A stretch of DNA of 35,547 nt from a virus (lineage: Duplodnaviria > Caudoviricetes). Shown here piece after piece: positions 18,636 through 27,851 of the stretch (positions within the stretch are counted from its first letter, which is position 1; each line of letters begins with the position of its first letter). The DNA lies in the IMG/VR virus record IMGVR_UViG_3300016722_000135, positions 1 through 35,547 of that record. The stretch is one strand, 5' to 3'. The notes beneath the pieces were generated by a model that saw only the letters and a program-made list of their open reading frames with translations, made no database searches and had not been told where the DNA came from. Both the position numbers and the translations under genes were made by a program.

Positions 18636-18950
18636 TTAACACATCTTTGATTCATCCTTAAAAACTATTGGTATACTTAAATATTTTGCATAAGCCAATT
18701 CTGCTCGGCAACCTGAACTGCTTTTATAATCACCAAATATCCATAGTTCCCCGCATCTGCTTAAAAGCTCCAAACATTTTGGTAAAATATCTGCTTCTAT
18801 TGCATTTTTGTCATACGAAAAATTATGCAAAGGTGACACGAAACAAATATCCGGTTCATTGCTGACTAACCATTTCATAATAACTTCAATCTTTTTCATG
18901 TTTCCTGCCTTATCATTACTAAATGGATGTGCCACATAAATAGTTCTCAT
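18636..18950 (-). CDS. DUF4406-like/nucleoside deoxyribosyltransferase-fold protein
   Basis: IYVAHPF, SPLH, LLSRC.ELW..G...S.GC..E...A motif. Confidence 0.75.
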   Translation of the reverse strand: MRTIYVAHPFSNDKAGNMKKIEVIMKWLVSNEPDICFVSPLHNFSYDKNAIEADILPKCLELLSRCGELWIFGDYKSSSGCRAELAYAKYLSIPIVFKDESKMC

Positions 18951-19146
18951 TAATTATTTTCCCTTTCTTTTTATTCTTATCCTTCCAAAAGCCACACTTA
19001 CTAGGCAGCCTATGGCAAGGTCCCAAAGAACACCTGCTCCTATTTGAACAATAGAAGCAGCACATCCCTTCCTGGTTTATTGGACACGCCCCAAGCGGTT
19101 CAGGGCACGCCGGAGCATAGTGTTTTTCATCTTTACGTTCTATCAT
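18919..19146 (-). CDS. Small Cys-rich hypothetical protein
   Basis: CP...CP...CCFYC...C...C; ATGA overlap with the upstream gene. Confidence 0.6.
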   Translation of the reverse strand: MIERKDEKHYAPACPEPLGACPINQEGMCCFYCSNRSRCSLGPCHRLPSKCGFWKDKNKKKGKIINENYLCGTSI

Positions 19147-19358
19147 GGTTTTTCGCGCTTCTCTCGTTCTATCATTGGCGGCCTTGGACAATGTGTTGGT
19201 TTTCGAGGATACAGCCATCTTCCGTTCATATCTTCATGCTTGTTTTTTGTACTCTTAAACTCATTTTTAATTATCAGGTAAATAATGAAAATCGTTTCAA
19301 CCAGCATCAAGATGAATAAAATTGTGATTAAATTTGACAAATAGTCAAAAAGCTTCAT
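19143..19358 (-). CDS. Small membrane protein
   Basis: AGGAGG RBS, N-terminal TM segment. Confidence 0.65.
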   Translation of the reverse strand: MKLFDYLSNLITILFILMLVETIFIIYLIIKNEFKSTKNKHEDMNGRWLYPRKPTHCPRPPMIEREKREKP

Positions 19359-19389
19359 TTTTACCCCTCCTAAACTTTTATATAAGGCC

Positions 19390-19785
19390 TTACGCAAATA
19401 GGTTTACTCGTTCCATCTCTTCAAGTTTTTCTATAAATATTTCTGCACGTGGATTGTCCTTATCTAGCCCCATAATTCTGCTGCCATCATAACTCCCTAT
19501 TAATCTATCATTTTTTAAAATACCTGATTTTTCGAGTATATCGCTCGTAGCCTGCAACAGTCCAACCAAGTCAGGCCACCACCGCCTATCTGGCAACCAG
19601 TATAAACACTTAACATGTACCGACATATCATAATAGACTTTGTACCTACATAGCTGCCATAGCGCCGCCTCTTGGTATGTATCAAATGCTTTACTTGGCA
19701 GCAGTTTATGGCGGTGTCCAAATCGAACAATCCTACTGCTATTTTTCTTTGTTGCCGGTCTACCTTTAATAACTATATGAGTCAT
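19390..19785 (-). CDS. rusA: RusA-like Holliday junction resolvase
   Basis: GRP.TKKN, PDL..L.....D.L...G.L.ND, DKDNPR.EI motifs. Confidence 0.8.
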   Translation of the reverse strand: MTHIVIKGRPATKKNSSRIVRFGHRHKLLPSKAFDTYQEAALWQLCRYKVYYDMSVHVKCLYWLPDRRWWPDLVGLLQATSDILEKSGILKNDRLIGSYDGSRIMGLDKDNPRAEIFIEKLEEMERVNLFA

Positions 19786-19807
19786 CGCTTATCATCCCCT
19801 AGTATTC

Positions 19808-20242
19808 CTACCCCTTAATATTCTCTCCTGTGTCTTTTTTAAATCTTTCCGGCTTAGGAACAAACATTTCTATGTCTTCCACATTAAAAGCCTTGTGACA
19901 ATTTGGGCACACCGGGGAATATTTACCACTTCTTATTTCGCTTTCTAAGCGTTTTATTGATTTAAGCCACGGCTTATAATTAGCTAGTTCTTGCGCTTGT
20001 TTTTTTAAAGCCTTTATGTCTGCATTCCGTTCTTCTTGAATTTCCATCAATATCTCTAATACTTCAAATGAATCTACCGGATTGCCGCAATGCTCACAAA
20101 ATACTTCTCTATTTTCAAAATCAATACTAAAATTGGGTTTCTTTCTACCTTCGTAACTATACTCATAGCACTGACACTTTTTAGGTCTTTTGCTCCTTAA
20201 AAAAGTTGTTATCTGCAAAACATTTTCAGGCAATTTATCCAT
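19808..20242 (-). CDS. Zn-ribbon hypothetical phage protein
   Basis: CQC, CEHC, CPNC motifs; AAGGAG RBS. Confidence 0.7.
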   Translation of the reverse strand: MDKLPENVLQITTFLRSKRPKKCQCYEYSYEGRKKPNFSIDFENREVFCEHCGNPVDSFEVLEILMEIQEERNADIKALKKQAQELANYKPWLKSIKRLESEIRSGKYSPVCPNCHKAFNVEDIEMFVPKPERFKKDTGENIKG

Positions 20243-20257
20243 TTATAACTCCTTTCT

Positions 20258-20318
20258 AACAGTCAAGGATATCTTGACTGTTCCCTAGCTTCCAACTTGT
20301 AAGGACTCTTTACAATCT
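20258..20318. repeat. Pair of 25-bp palindromes (10-5-10)
   Basis: AACAGTCAAG-GATAT-CTTGACTGTT (perfect) and AACTTGTAAG-GACTC-TTTACAATCT (imperfect). Confidence 0.7.
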
Positions 20319-20740
20319 CAAAACGGTATTTCCTCATCAAACGCAAATGCCTGCCCAAACGCTTCCATACCCTTTTTCCCCTGTGACGCGTTATTTGCAA
20401 TTTGCGTTTCATGCAAATTGCTATCTCTCCGCTCAATAAACTTCACGCTGTTGGCAATTACTTCTGCAACATAGCGCTTAGTGCCATCTTTAGCTACGTA
20501 ATTACGTATCTGCAACCTGCCTTCAACAAGGAGCCTATGTCCCTTGGCCAAATTATTCCCGCACAATTCAGCAGCTTTACCCCATACTACTATGTTGATA
20601 AAATCTGCTTCTCTTTCGCCGTTTTGATTAGCAAACTGTCTATCTACAGCAAGTGTAAATTTGCACACAGTCTTATCATTCGGAATCACGCGAACTTCAG
20701 GATCATGCGTTAACCTCCCAAACAATATTATTTTATTCAT
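20318..20740 (-). CDS. ssb: Single-stranded DNA-binding protein
   Basis: MNKIIL.GRLT.DPE, EADFI..V.WGK.AE, VEGRLQ.R.Y, C-terminal EEIPF. Confidence 0.96.
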   Translation of the reverse strand: MNKIILFGRLTHDPEVRVIPNDKTVCKFTLAVDRQFANQNGEREADFINIVVWGKAAELCGNNLAKGHRLLVEGRLQIRNYVAKDGTKRYVAEVIANSVKFIERRDSNLHETQIANNASQGKKGMEAFGQAFAFDEEIPF

Positions 20741-21069
20741 TGTTTCACCTCATTTTCTTGCCCTCTCATACGCTCTGCCTGCCGTCTCAATTTCTTGATT
20801 AAAACGTTCTTGTACTCTTCGCTTTTCCCGTCTTCTTGCAACATGATTTTGCATTGTACTAACATGATTTCCACATCGGCAACTTCTTCTAGAAAATCAT
20901 TATTTGCCTTATTAGAACTCATGCTATCTTGGTTATTCCTAAACATTTTATTTATTGCTACTATCAGTTCGGCACACTCTTCTTGAGTTTGCCTTAACTG
21001 CTGCTTTCTTCCATAATGCTCATAAATTGCCATAATATAGCTAATTATTTCAAGTTGAGTAATGTTCAT
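20737..21069 (-). CDS. MazG-like nucleotide pyrophosphohydrolase
   Basis: EECAELI.AI.K and EEVADV.IM motifs. Confidence 0.8.
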   Translation of the reverse strand: MNITQLEIISYIMAIYEHYGRKQQLRQTQEECAELIVAINKMFRNNQDSMSSNKANNDFLEEVADVEIMLVQCKIMLQEDGKSEEYKNVLIKKLRRQAERMRGQENEVKQ

Positions 21070-21090
21070 TTTTTATCCCCTAACCATTTT

Positions 21091-21933
21091 TTATACAGCC
21101 ACATCTCTAAGCCTCATATTCTTTTTAACGTCCTTGCCAACCTCAATACAACTAAGCTTGGCCAACTGATAGATTCTGCTGCCTACAGCTTCATCACACG
21201 CAACGATATCTTTTAAAAATAATTCGCTGCTGATTATCGTTGCAAGCTTCTTGTTATACCTGTAGTTAAGGATTTCAAAAGCCACGTTAATATCGGCACC
21301 TGTTGGCTTCTTCCCTCGTTCAACCTTAAAGAAATCATCTATGTAGAGAATTGGCACTTCCTTTAAAGGCTCAATCAAAGCCGTGTACTCCTGCTCGATA
21401 TTTACGCAGGCCTTAATCTTTACAACCTCATCACGCCAAAGCATATATTTACCTTGCAAGCCCTCTTTTTTTATCAGCCCGGCAAATACCCCTGAGCACA
21501 ATAAAGTCTTGCCACAGCCTACCTGTCCACCCACATAAAGCCACTTTTTATTATTGTCTGCTATGTAGTTTTGGGCAGTTAAAAGCATCCTCTTTTGCCA
21601 TGGCTCAGAAGCAAGAAAATCTGTAAGCCTGATATCACAATCAACGCCGCTTTCTGCCATTTGCTTTAATGACCTGCGAATGCTTTGACAACTGCACTCT
21701 TGTACGGCTATTGAATAATTTCCATTACCGCTATCGACAACTACGCAGTTCCAGCCCCTGTTTTTGCATATGTCGCAGTCATAGCCCTTTAGGTTGCCTT
21801 TCTTGCTGTTGAACTTTTCAGCCTCGTATTTGGCTGTGTCAGCAGTGCTAAACCCTTGGTATTTGCGACATAATGCCGACAATATTTCCTTCTGCACTTC
21901 CTGATTTCTCTGCATTTTCTTTATCAGCGCCAT
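21091..21933 (-). CDS. DnaC/IstB-like helicase loader ATPase
   Basis: Zn-finger CDIC...CSC, GQVGCGKT, LYIDDF, ILNYRY, SRI; start uncertain (21933 or 21942). Confidence 0.9.
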   Translation of the reverse strand: MALIKKMQRNQEVQKEILSALCRKYQGFSTADTAKYEAEKFNSKKGNLKGYDCDICKNRGWNCVVVDSGNGNYSIAVQECSCQSIRRSLKQMAESGVDCDIRLTDFLASEPWQKRMLLTAQNYIADNNKKWLYVGGQVGCGKTLLCSGVFAGLIKKEGLQGKYMLWRDEVVKIKACVNIEQEYTALIEPLKEVPILYIDDFFKVERGKKPTGADINVAFEILNYRYNKKLATIISSELFLKDIVACDEAVGSRIYQLAKLSCIEVGKDVKKNMRLRDVAV

Positions 21934-22816
21934 TAGCAACACCGTCCTTAATCATTTGCGCTAGGGAGTCAGTTCCGCTTGCTTTGGTCTCTTTGGCAAC
22001 TTGCTTAGAGCATTCTTCCTCATATCTTGTAATTACCCAGTTTAAAATAGCCCTATAATCACTGGCATACTTTTTCCCACTGGAGCCTTTGTAATTATCA
22101 AGAATCTCAATACAGCGCTTTACGGCATTCTCGCTACCCAACCGCTCATTGGCTATAAGTGACTGGCATTCGTCATTGGTCATGGCAACAAACTCAGCGT
22201 ATTGGATTTTTTTAGCGCCTTGCTTTTTAGCCTTTGAGGTCATTGGATTTACAGTATTGAGTGCAGCAGATGTGCATTGATCGTCTGTAAGTGTGGCCTC
22301 GCACGCGCGCGCGGTATCTTTGTCTTTATCTATATCTATCTCTATCTCTTTCTCTATACTCTGGTGGAGATTTGTCTGTACATTTGTCGGACATTTGTCG
22401 GACATTTGTCCAACTGTTTGACCTAACATCAACTTTTTTTCTTCTTGTATCTTGTTCCTATAAATTCTCTTTCTATCTGCCTCAGTGCTACTTTCACCGA
22501 TGTAATTTTGTATGTCTAAAAGATAAATTGCTCCGTTTTCCATTACTTCAATTAGGCCTAAATCAATGAATATTTTAATTGCTTTTTCGACAACAGCAAC
22601 AGGATGACGAGTGACGGTTGCAAGCATTGTGCTATTGTAAGGAATTCTTTCATTTACCATCAACTTGCCGTCGTTCTTTAGACCTCGTAAATATAATTTA
22701 AGTAGAATATTTGAATACATATAGCCATCAGGCAGGCTTTCAAGCACCATCAATTCATCACTGTCAAAAAAGTTATCCTTGAGTTTCAAATAATAATATT
22801 TTTTGTTGTCGCTCAT
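21848..22816 (-). CDS. Replisome organizer/replication initiator
   Basis: KKYYYLKLKDNFF N-terminal domain, EKEIEIDIDKDKD linker, internal iterons. Confidence 0.9.
   Translation of the reverse strand: MSDNKKYYYLKLKDNFFDSDELMVLESLPDGYMYSNILLKLYLRGLKNDGKLMVNERIPYNSTMLATVTRHPVAVVEKAIKIFIDLGLIEVMENGAIYLLDIQNYIGESSTEADRKRIYRNKIQEEKKLMLGQTVGQMSDKCPTNVQTNLHQSIEKEIEIDIDKDKDTARACEATLTDDQCTSAALNTVNPMTSKAKKQGAKKIQYAEFVAMTNDECQSLIANERLGSENAVKRCIEILDNYKGSSGKKYASDYRAILNWVITRYEEECSKQVAKETKASGTDSLAQMIKDGVANGADKENAEKSGSAEGNIVGIMSQIPRV
22371..22421. repeat. Iterons of the putative phage origin (ACATTTGTCGG x3 plus degenerate copies)
   Basis: 11-bp tandem repeats inside the rep gene next to a simple-sequence pyrimidine-rich tract. 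Confidence 0.8.
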
Positions 22817-23346
22817 AATGTATGCTCCTTTCGATGGAGCCTTTTATGACATTGTTCACACAATGTTATTCCGTTATTTATTGAAAACCTAAATTCAGGA
22901 AAACATGCCCAGCATTTAATATGATGAGCATTTAATTTTGTCCCTTTTATTCCGCAAGAACAGCACGTATAATGATCACGCTCAAATACAGCTGTTCGCC
23001 ACTGCCTATATTTACTATCACTTCTATTTCTTTTAGAAGTGATTTTATTTACCACTAGTGAATAATGGTCGGGAAAATATAACAACTTCTCGTTTTTTAA
23101 GAAGAGCACTGTTGCCTCAACATTTTTAGGATCTTCGTCAATATCCAAAGCTAATTCCTCGGCAAAGCTATCTTCCAAACCCTCAAAATAAATCTTCCCT
23201 TTACTTTTCACACTAAGCAGCATCATTTTGAGATATATGATCGTGTACGTGTCACCACCGGCAATCTTACGAAGCTTTTTCATTTCTTTCTGCTTGAAAA
23301 AATCATATTTTAATTTCAGCCAATAAATTTTTCTATTGCCGCTCAA
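22813..23346 (-). CDS. Replisome-organizer N-terminal domain fused to an HNH endonuclease
   Basis: YWLKLK.DFF...KKLRKIAGGDTYTIIYLKM followed by WR..VFERD.YTC..CG...AHHIK...NGITLC..CH. Confidence 0.82.
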   Translation of the reverse strand: MSGNRKIYWLKLKYDFFKQKEMKKLRKIAGGDTYTIIYLKMMLLSVKSKGKIYFEGLEDSFAEELALDIDEDPKNVEATVLFLKNEKLLYFPDHYSLVVNKITSKRNRSDSKYRQWRTAVFERDHYTCCSCGIKGTKLNAHHIKCWACFPEFRFSINNGITLCEQCHKRLHRKEHTL

Positions 23347-23424
23347 GTTATCACCTTATCTTCGCACCATGTTTATTATGAGTGCAGGGAGAATTAGTTG
23401 CTCCCTGCGGTTTCTGCTCATTGC

Positions 23425-24423
23425 TTACTTTATCCTTGACCGCATGCGGCGATCATATTCAAGAGCGCTTTCCCCTGGTCGCTTGCCCGGATATTCTGCT
23501 TGAGCTGCTTCTGTATGTTCCGGGTCTGCTACTTTTTCATCAGCCGATTGGAAGAGTGCCTCTGCTGGAGCAGGTTCTTGTTTCCCCTCTAACGACAATA
23601 TTTCTCCCGTTTCAGTATCTACGTTTTGTGGTATAGCCGGCGTAGCTTCTGCCTCAATCTCTGTGTAATCCGTTTCATCTGCTATCTCAGTCATATTATC
23701 AGCTATACTGGTTTTGATAGTTTCATCGGTGGCTATACCTCTAACGAATTCCGTTTTGAGCGGTGCATATTTAAGGCATTTTTTAAGAACTGTCTTTTTC
23801 GACATTTCGTCAAAGTGTTTCGTCCATGGCGAATAAGTAGAATTGTAAGACTGGCTGTATTTCTTAGCATGCTCCCTTACGTCTTCTGTTGACATTACCT
23901 CAAACCCATAACCGCCGTTCTTTGTATGGAAAACGGCATAATACATAATCACGCTTCCACGGTCTTTCATCGCCGGAACATGCCTTAGTTTTGGCTGCAA
24001 TCCCAATTCGTATTCAAATACATCATTTTCATATACTTCATGAGCCTGTACATCGTTTACTTCTCCGCTCCGGTAGGCAAGGTCGAGTATGCCCTTATAA
24101 CCGATTTGGAACTGGCATTCTAATACACCTTTGTTTTTGAACGGAATAAGGTACGCCTGACCGATTGGAGTATTGGGTTCCAAACCAAGTTGCGCCGCCT
24201 GCATCATGGCCCCTAAGAAACTCTTCGGAGTGCATTGCTGTAACTGGGGATTTGTACTCATTGCGGTTAAGATCATCCTGCTGAAACGTTCTCCCGTGAG
24301 TACGGAAGGCAGTGCCTTTTCGATTTGACTTTTCATGCTCATCACAAGCTGCTGCATAGTCTTAATCCCGCTTTGCCCTTTCTTTTCTTCTTTCTTGATT
24401 AACCCGCCTTTTGTTGTCGCCAT
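23425..24423 (-). CDS. recT: RecT-family recombinase
   Basis: S.LGA.MQAAQLGLEP, GQAYLIPF, QFQIGYKG, PW...FDEM.KKTV. Confidence 0.95.
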   Translation of the reverse strand: MATTKGGLIKKEEKKGQSGIKTMQQLVMSMKSQIEKALPSVLTGERFSRMILTAMSTNPQLQQCTPKSFLGAMMQAAQLGLEPNTPIGQAYLIPFKNKGVLECQFQIGYKGILDLAYRSGEVNDVQAHEVYENDVFEYELGLQPKLRHVPAMKDRGSVIMYYAVFHTKNGGYGFEVMSTEDVREHAKKYSQSYNSTYSPWTKHFDEMSKKTVLKKCLKYAPLKTEFVRGIATDETIKTSIADNMTEIADETDYTEIEAEATPAIPQNVDTETGEILSLEGKQEPAPAEALFQSADEKVADPEHTEAAQAEYPGKRPGESALEYDRRMRSRIK

Positions 24424-24425
24424 TA

Positions 24426-25379
24426 TTACCTAGCTCCCTTCTGTATGTTTAATTTCCTGTATGGTGCACCAATCTTGACATATTTTTGATAAATATTAGG
24501 CATTTCCATCTTCATTTTCTTGCTGTCAACAACAGCACGGCCATTTTGCAATTTCCAAGTTACCTTGCGTTCTCCTGCATAGCCGACTTCGTTGTTTCCA
24601 AGCAACAGGCACAACTTATTTTTTGTTTCGTTTAGGTTATTTTCGACCTCTTCCTTTTCGTGCTCAAATCCATCAATCAGTTCCAGCAACCTAACCGATT
24701 CATTAGGCAGGGTTACCGCCTCTACTTGCCCGCCTGTAAATTTATTCTGCAAGGCTTTAGTACAGCTGTCCGAGCCGTCTACATCAGGCATTATGGATTG
24801 CAGCACATTAACTTCCCAAAATTGTTTTTCTGCATCATATAATGCGTTTATGTCGTCTTCATTCCTGGGAATTTCCTTCCATACAAAATGGTTGCCGCCA
24901 ATAAGCACGGCTATATACCATTTGTCACAACCCATGACCAACATGTAATGCTGGCACTGGCAGTAATATGTAGTAGGCAATTTATCATCTTCCCATTCTT
25001 TGGCAGCAAATCCGTTCGCTGTCTTGCACTCAAGCCCCGCGTTTTCACCAACAACCATTCGGTCAACATTGGCTAATAGCCATGGATATTTATTATTAGC
25101 CATCATGCCTTGGTGTCGGACTTTTTTACCTGTGAGTTCGCAAAAACGATCCGCAACAACCTGCTCAAGAACCGTGCCCCAGTATACATATTCATTTTGG
25201 CTGAGGTCATCTGGTTCCGTTTGCCCAGTTTTTTCTAACCACAGCTGGAAAGGTGACTTCCATTTGTTAAGCCCTAAAACAGCCGCCGCATCGCTGCCGC
25301 CAATTCCTGAATTTCTAAGTCTTAGCCATTTATCTTGGTCTTTCATTTCTTCAACCGTCATAATCAATTTTGCTTCCAT
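24426..25379 (-). CDS. YqaJ-like viral recombination exonuclease
   Basis: WL..R..GIGGSD, WG..LE, LANVDR, LECKT, QCQHYM. Confidence 0.93.
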   Translation of the reverse strand: MEAKLIMTVEEMKDQDKWLRLRNSGIGGSDAAAVLGLNKWKSPFQLWLEKTGQTEPDDLSQNEYVYWGTVLEQVVADRFCELTGKKVRHQGMMANNKYPWLLANVDRMVVGENAGLECKTANGFAAKEWEDDKLPTTYYCQCQHYMLVMGCDKWYIAVLIGGNHFVWKEIPRNEDDINALYDAEKQFWEVNVLQSIMPDVDGSDSCTKALQNKFTGGQVEAVTLPNESVRLLELIDGFEHEKEEVENNLNETKNKLCLLLGNNEVGYAGERKVTWKLQNGRAVVDSKKMKMEMPNIYQKYVKIGAPYRKLNIQKGAR

Positions 25380-25430
25380 TTTTGTACTCCTTTCAAATTA
25401 GTGGTACAATATTTATGCAACATTTTCAGT

Positions 25431-25470
25431 AGGTCTGTCGGAGTTGTCCCTCCGCAGGCTATTTTTTTAT
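25431..25470 (+). terminator. Hairpin with T-tract, antisense to the early operon
   Basis: GGTCTGTCGGAG...CTCCGCAGGCT followed by ATTTTTTT. Confidence 0.5.
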
Positions 25471-25537
25471 GCCCGGTACAGTGCTTCAGTGTCTATAATA
25501 TCTATCCAAAAGTGCTATAATATTTTATTAGAAGGGG

Positions 25538-25816
25538 ATGATCATTATGATTAGCTTTGGCGTAATATCCACACCAGAAACAAATCCTGCAATAATGCAC
25601 ATCATTAACGAGTTTGTAGCTCTTAGCTGGGTTTTGGTCCAAACTAAAACTGTTCCGAATACTCAAGATAACATTTTGCATTTACTTGTGTGGCCTAGCA
25701 CGAATTTAGAACCCAGATGGCCAGAATCTATTCAGAGATTCCAAACTCAAGATGGTGATTATACGGAAATACTTGCGTGTGTTAAAGCAGGAACTAAGAC
25801 TCCGACGTATAACTAA
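25538..25816 (+). CDS. Hypothetical protein (counter-oriented moron)
   Basis: TGCTATAAT at 25513-25521 and AAGGGG RBS upstream. Confidence 0.65.
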   Translation: MIIMISFGVISTPETNPAIMHIINEFVALSWVLVQTKTVPNTQDNILHLLVWPSTNLEPRWPESIQRFQTQDGDYTEILACVKAGTKTPTYN

Positions 25817-25923
25817 AGCTGCAACCTTTCGCTTCAACATTCATACCCATATTTTTACTTTGTATTGGCTTCTGTTGCATTTGTTCTGTGACGGCGGCTA
25901 TTTCTTTTCGCTCGCATCACCTT

Positions 25924-26187
25924 TTATTCTGCAATTTTCAACACTGTGACTTTATCCCCCGGCTGTAATAAGTGCTTTGCTTGCAAAACCTCTTTATTTT
26001 CCGGAAGCTTTTTCAAGTCTTCCAAATACTCCAAAATATAAGTTTTTCCGTTATAGCGAGTTGCAATATCCCAAAGCGTATCTCCGGCATGAACCGTAAC
26101 TACTTCTTTGGTATAAGGTGTCCTAGGCTGTTGTGCACAGCCCATAAACACAACTGCTATACAAATAAGTAAAATGAATTTCTTCAT
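25924..26187 (-). CDS. LysM-domain protein with putative lipoprotein signal
   Basis: MKKFILL...FMGC; V.V..GDTLW.IA...LQPGD LysM motif. Confidence 0.85.
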   Translation of the reverse strand: MKKFILLICIAVVFMGCAQQPRTPYTKEVVTVHAGDTLWDIATRYNGKTYILEYLEDLKKLPENKEVLQAKHLLQPGDKVTVLKIAE

Positions 26188-26252
26188 GTTGCACCACATC
26201 CTTACTACTGTTTTTTGTGCTATAATTTAGCCTGAAAAGGAAGCGATTAGAA

Positions 26253-26615
26253 ATGTTTAACTCATATTGTCCATATGTTGCTCTTTCCTCAAAACAAGAA
26301 ACTTTAATGTACGGCATTATAAAACTGTACAAAAAAAATGAAAATGATCCTAGTAAATTTACAAGTGAATTTTTAAAAAATTATATGCCGGATAATGCAG
26401 CACCATTAAATGATCAGATTGTAAAAGACAATATCCATTTTCTTGTTAATGCCGGTTATCTAAGTGATGAAGCAACTATTTTCCCAACAGATTTGGCTTT
26501 AAATTACCATTTTTGGATGTTTATTCACTGGAAAGATCGTTTTATAGTTCCACTTAGTGTTAGCATAATTGGTTCTATCTTAGCCAATATGGTTATATTT
26601 TTATTCAAAAAATAA
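26253..26615 (+). CDS. Hypothetical protein, possible wHTH plus C-terminal TM (counter-oriented moron)
   Basis: TGCTATAAT at 26218-26226, AAGGA RBS; C-terminal hydrophobic helix. Confidence 0.7.
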   Translation: MFNSYCPYVALSSKQETLMYGIIKLYKKNENDPSKFTSEFLKNYMPDNAAPLNDQIVKDNIHFLVNAGYLSDEATIFPTDLALNYHFWMFIHWKDRFIVPLSVSIIGSILANMVIFLFKK

Positions 26616-26841
26616 AGTAAATACCCCAAATAAAAATAGATATAATCATTAGAATTATAAAAAACGCTAAAGAATATATAACATCTTTTGTGTCTTGATC
26701 TTGTTTTTTATCCCAGTTGTATAAGCAAAGTTCCCATTTTTTTAATAGTTTTGGTGTTGCTTTCATTTCTTTTTCCCCACAAATACCGGAATACATTTGT
26801 AGCTGTGTTCTTTTATCCCCGTTTGATTTTTTCTTTTCCAT
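26605..26841 (-). CDS. Small membrane protein
   Basis: C-terminal TM segment; convergent overlap with the 26253 gene. Confidence 0.5.
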   Translation of the reverse strand: MEKKKSNGDKRTQLQMYSGICGEKEMKATPKLLKKWELCLYNWDKKQDQDTKDVIYSLAFFIILMIISIFIWGIYFIF

Positions 26842-26974
26842 TGTCCTTGCCTCACTTTATGGATTCATACAACGCTTTTGCTCCCTGCAGAAGTGTAGCC
26901 GTTTCACCCATTCTTCCACCTCTTTTTCTAAGCATTGTTTCTAATGATAGCCACGCTGACTTTTAAAAAGAAAA

Positions 26975-27139
26975 TTAAAAAGTTGTAATTTGTATTTCAT
27001 ATTCAAGAGCATGGGTAGCGCCGTGCTCTTTTTCTATATCATGAATTATCGTACTTATAGTGTTAGGTATGACTTCTGAATATGGCTGCATAGGTACACG
27101 GATTAGAACTTTTATAGTAGATTGTCTTCTATTTTTCAT
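26975..27139 (-). CDS. 54-aa hypothetical protein not in the ORF track (MKNRRQSTIKV...IEKEHGATHALEYEIQITTF)
   Basis: Preceded by the repeated AAAGGAAGTATATAAAAATG initiation unit; C-terminus resembles that of the 28187 ORF. Confidence 0.6.
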   Translation of the reverse strand: MKNRRQSTIKVLIRVPMQPYSEVIPNTISTIIHDIEKEHGATHALEYEIQITTF

Positions 27140-27214
27140 TTTTATATACTTCCTTTCTGTTTGACCATAATTTCAAAAACCGTAAGATATATTTTGTTGC
27201 AATCATAGGTGCTA

Positions 27215-27445
27215 TTATCGGTGTATTAGGATTAATAGTAAGCTTATTGAAAGGATAACTAAGTTCACACCTTGTACAGCAAGTATTACTTGAATTTGAT
27301 GATATAATTTCTTTTCATATTCGCCCATTCTTCCACCTCTTTTTCTAAGCGTTGTTTCGAATGATAACCACGTTGACTTTTCTTGTGGAACCGGTAGCTT
27401 TCCTATTAGTTGTTTAAACTCTTCCGGTGTGTATTCTATTTCCAT
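27215..27445 (-). CDS. Small hypothetical protein with C-terminal TM; internal start at MGEYEKK possible
   Basis: Repeated RBS unit; N-terminus MEIEYTPEEFKQL paralogous to MKIECTPEELKEL. Confidence 0.55.
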   Translation of the reverse strand: MEIEYTPEEFKQLIGKLPVPQEKSTWLSFETTLRKRGGRMGEYEKKLYHQIQVILAVQGVNLVILSISLLLILIHR

Positions 27446-27500
27446 ATTTTTATACTTCCTTTATGTTGCGCTATAATAATATCGAAAGGAGGCGATTACA

Positions 27501-27851
27501 ATGAGGATAAACTTTGATTTAGCTAGGGAAATTTTAATTGCTACTGCTAATGCTGACATTCATACTAGAGTTTCAAACCACAATATTTGTCCAAACGAAG
27601 ATTCTGATATTATTGGTTGGCATATAGGTAAACTGATTGAAGCAGGATATCTAAAAGCAATTGATGCTAGAAGTAAAACTGGAATGTATGACTATATTGG
27701 GGTAGAATTAACCTACAATGGCGAACAGTTTTTAAATAAAATTGAAAACAATCAGACTTGGGACAAAATCAAACGTCACCTGTCGGATAATGTAACAAGC
27801 ATCACTTTTCAAGCCATTGAACTAACTTATAAGCTTTTTTGCCAGAATTAA
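27501..27851 (+). CDS. DUF2513-like winged-helix protein (counter-oriented moron)
   Basis: MR..FDL.REIL...H...L.EAG....LT..G.QFL..I.....W.KIK motif; TATAAT and AAGGAGG upstream. Confidence 0.8.
   Translation: MRINFDLAREILIATANADIHTRVSNHNICPNEDSDIIGWHIGKLIEAGYLKAIDARSKTGMYDYIGVELTYNGEQFLNKIENNQTWDKIKRHLSDNVTSITFQAIELTYKLFCQN

Noticed and set aside
22320-22362. TATC/TCTC microsatellite-like tract
   Set aside because: Encodes the EKEIEIDIDKDKD linker common in phage initiators
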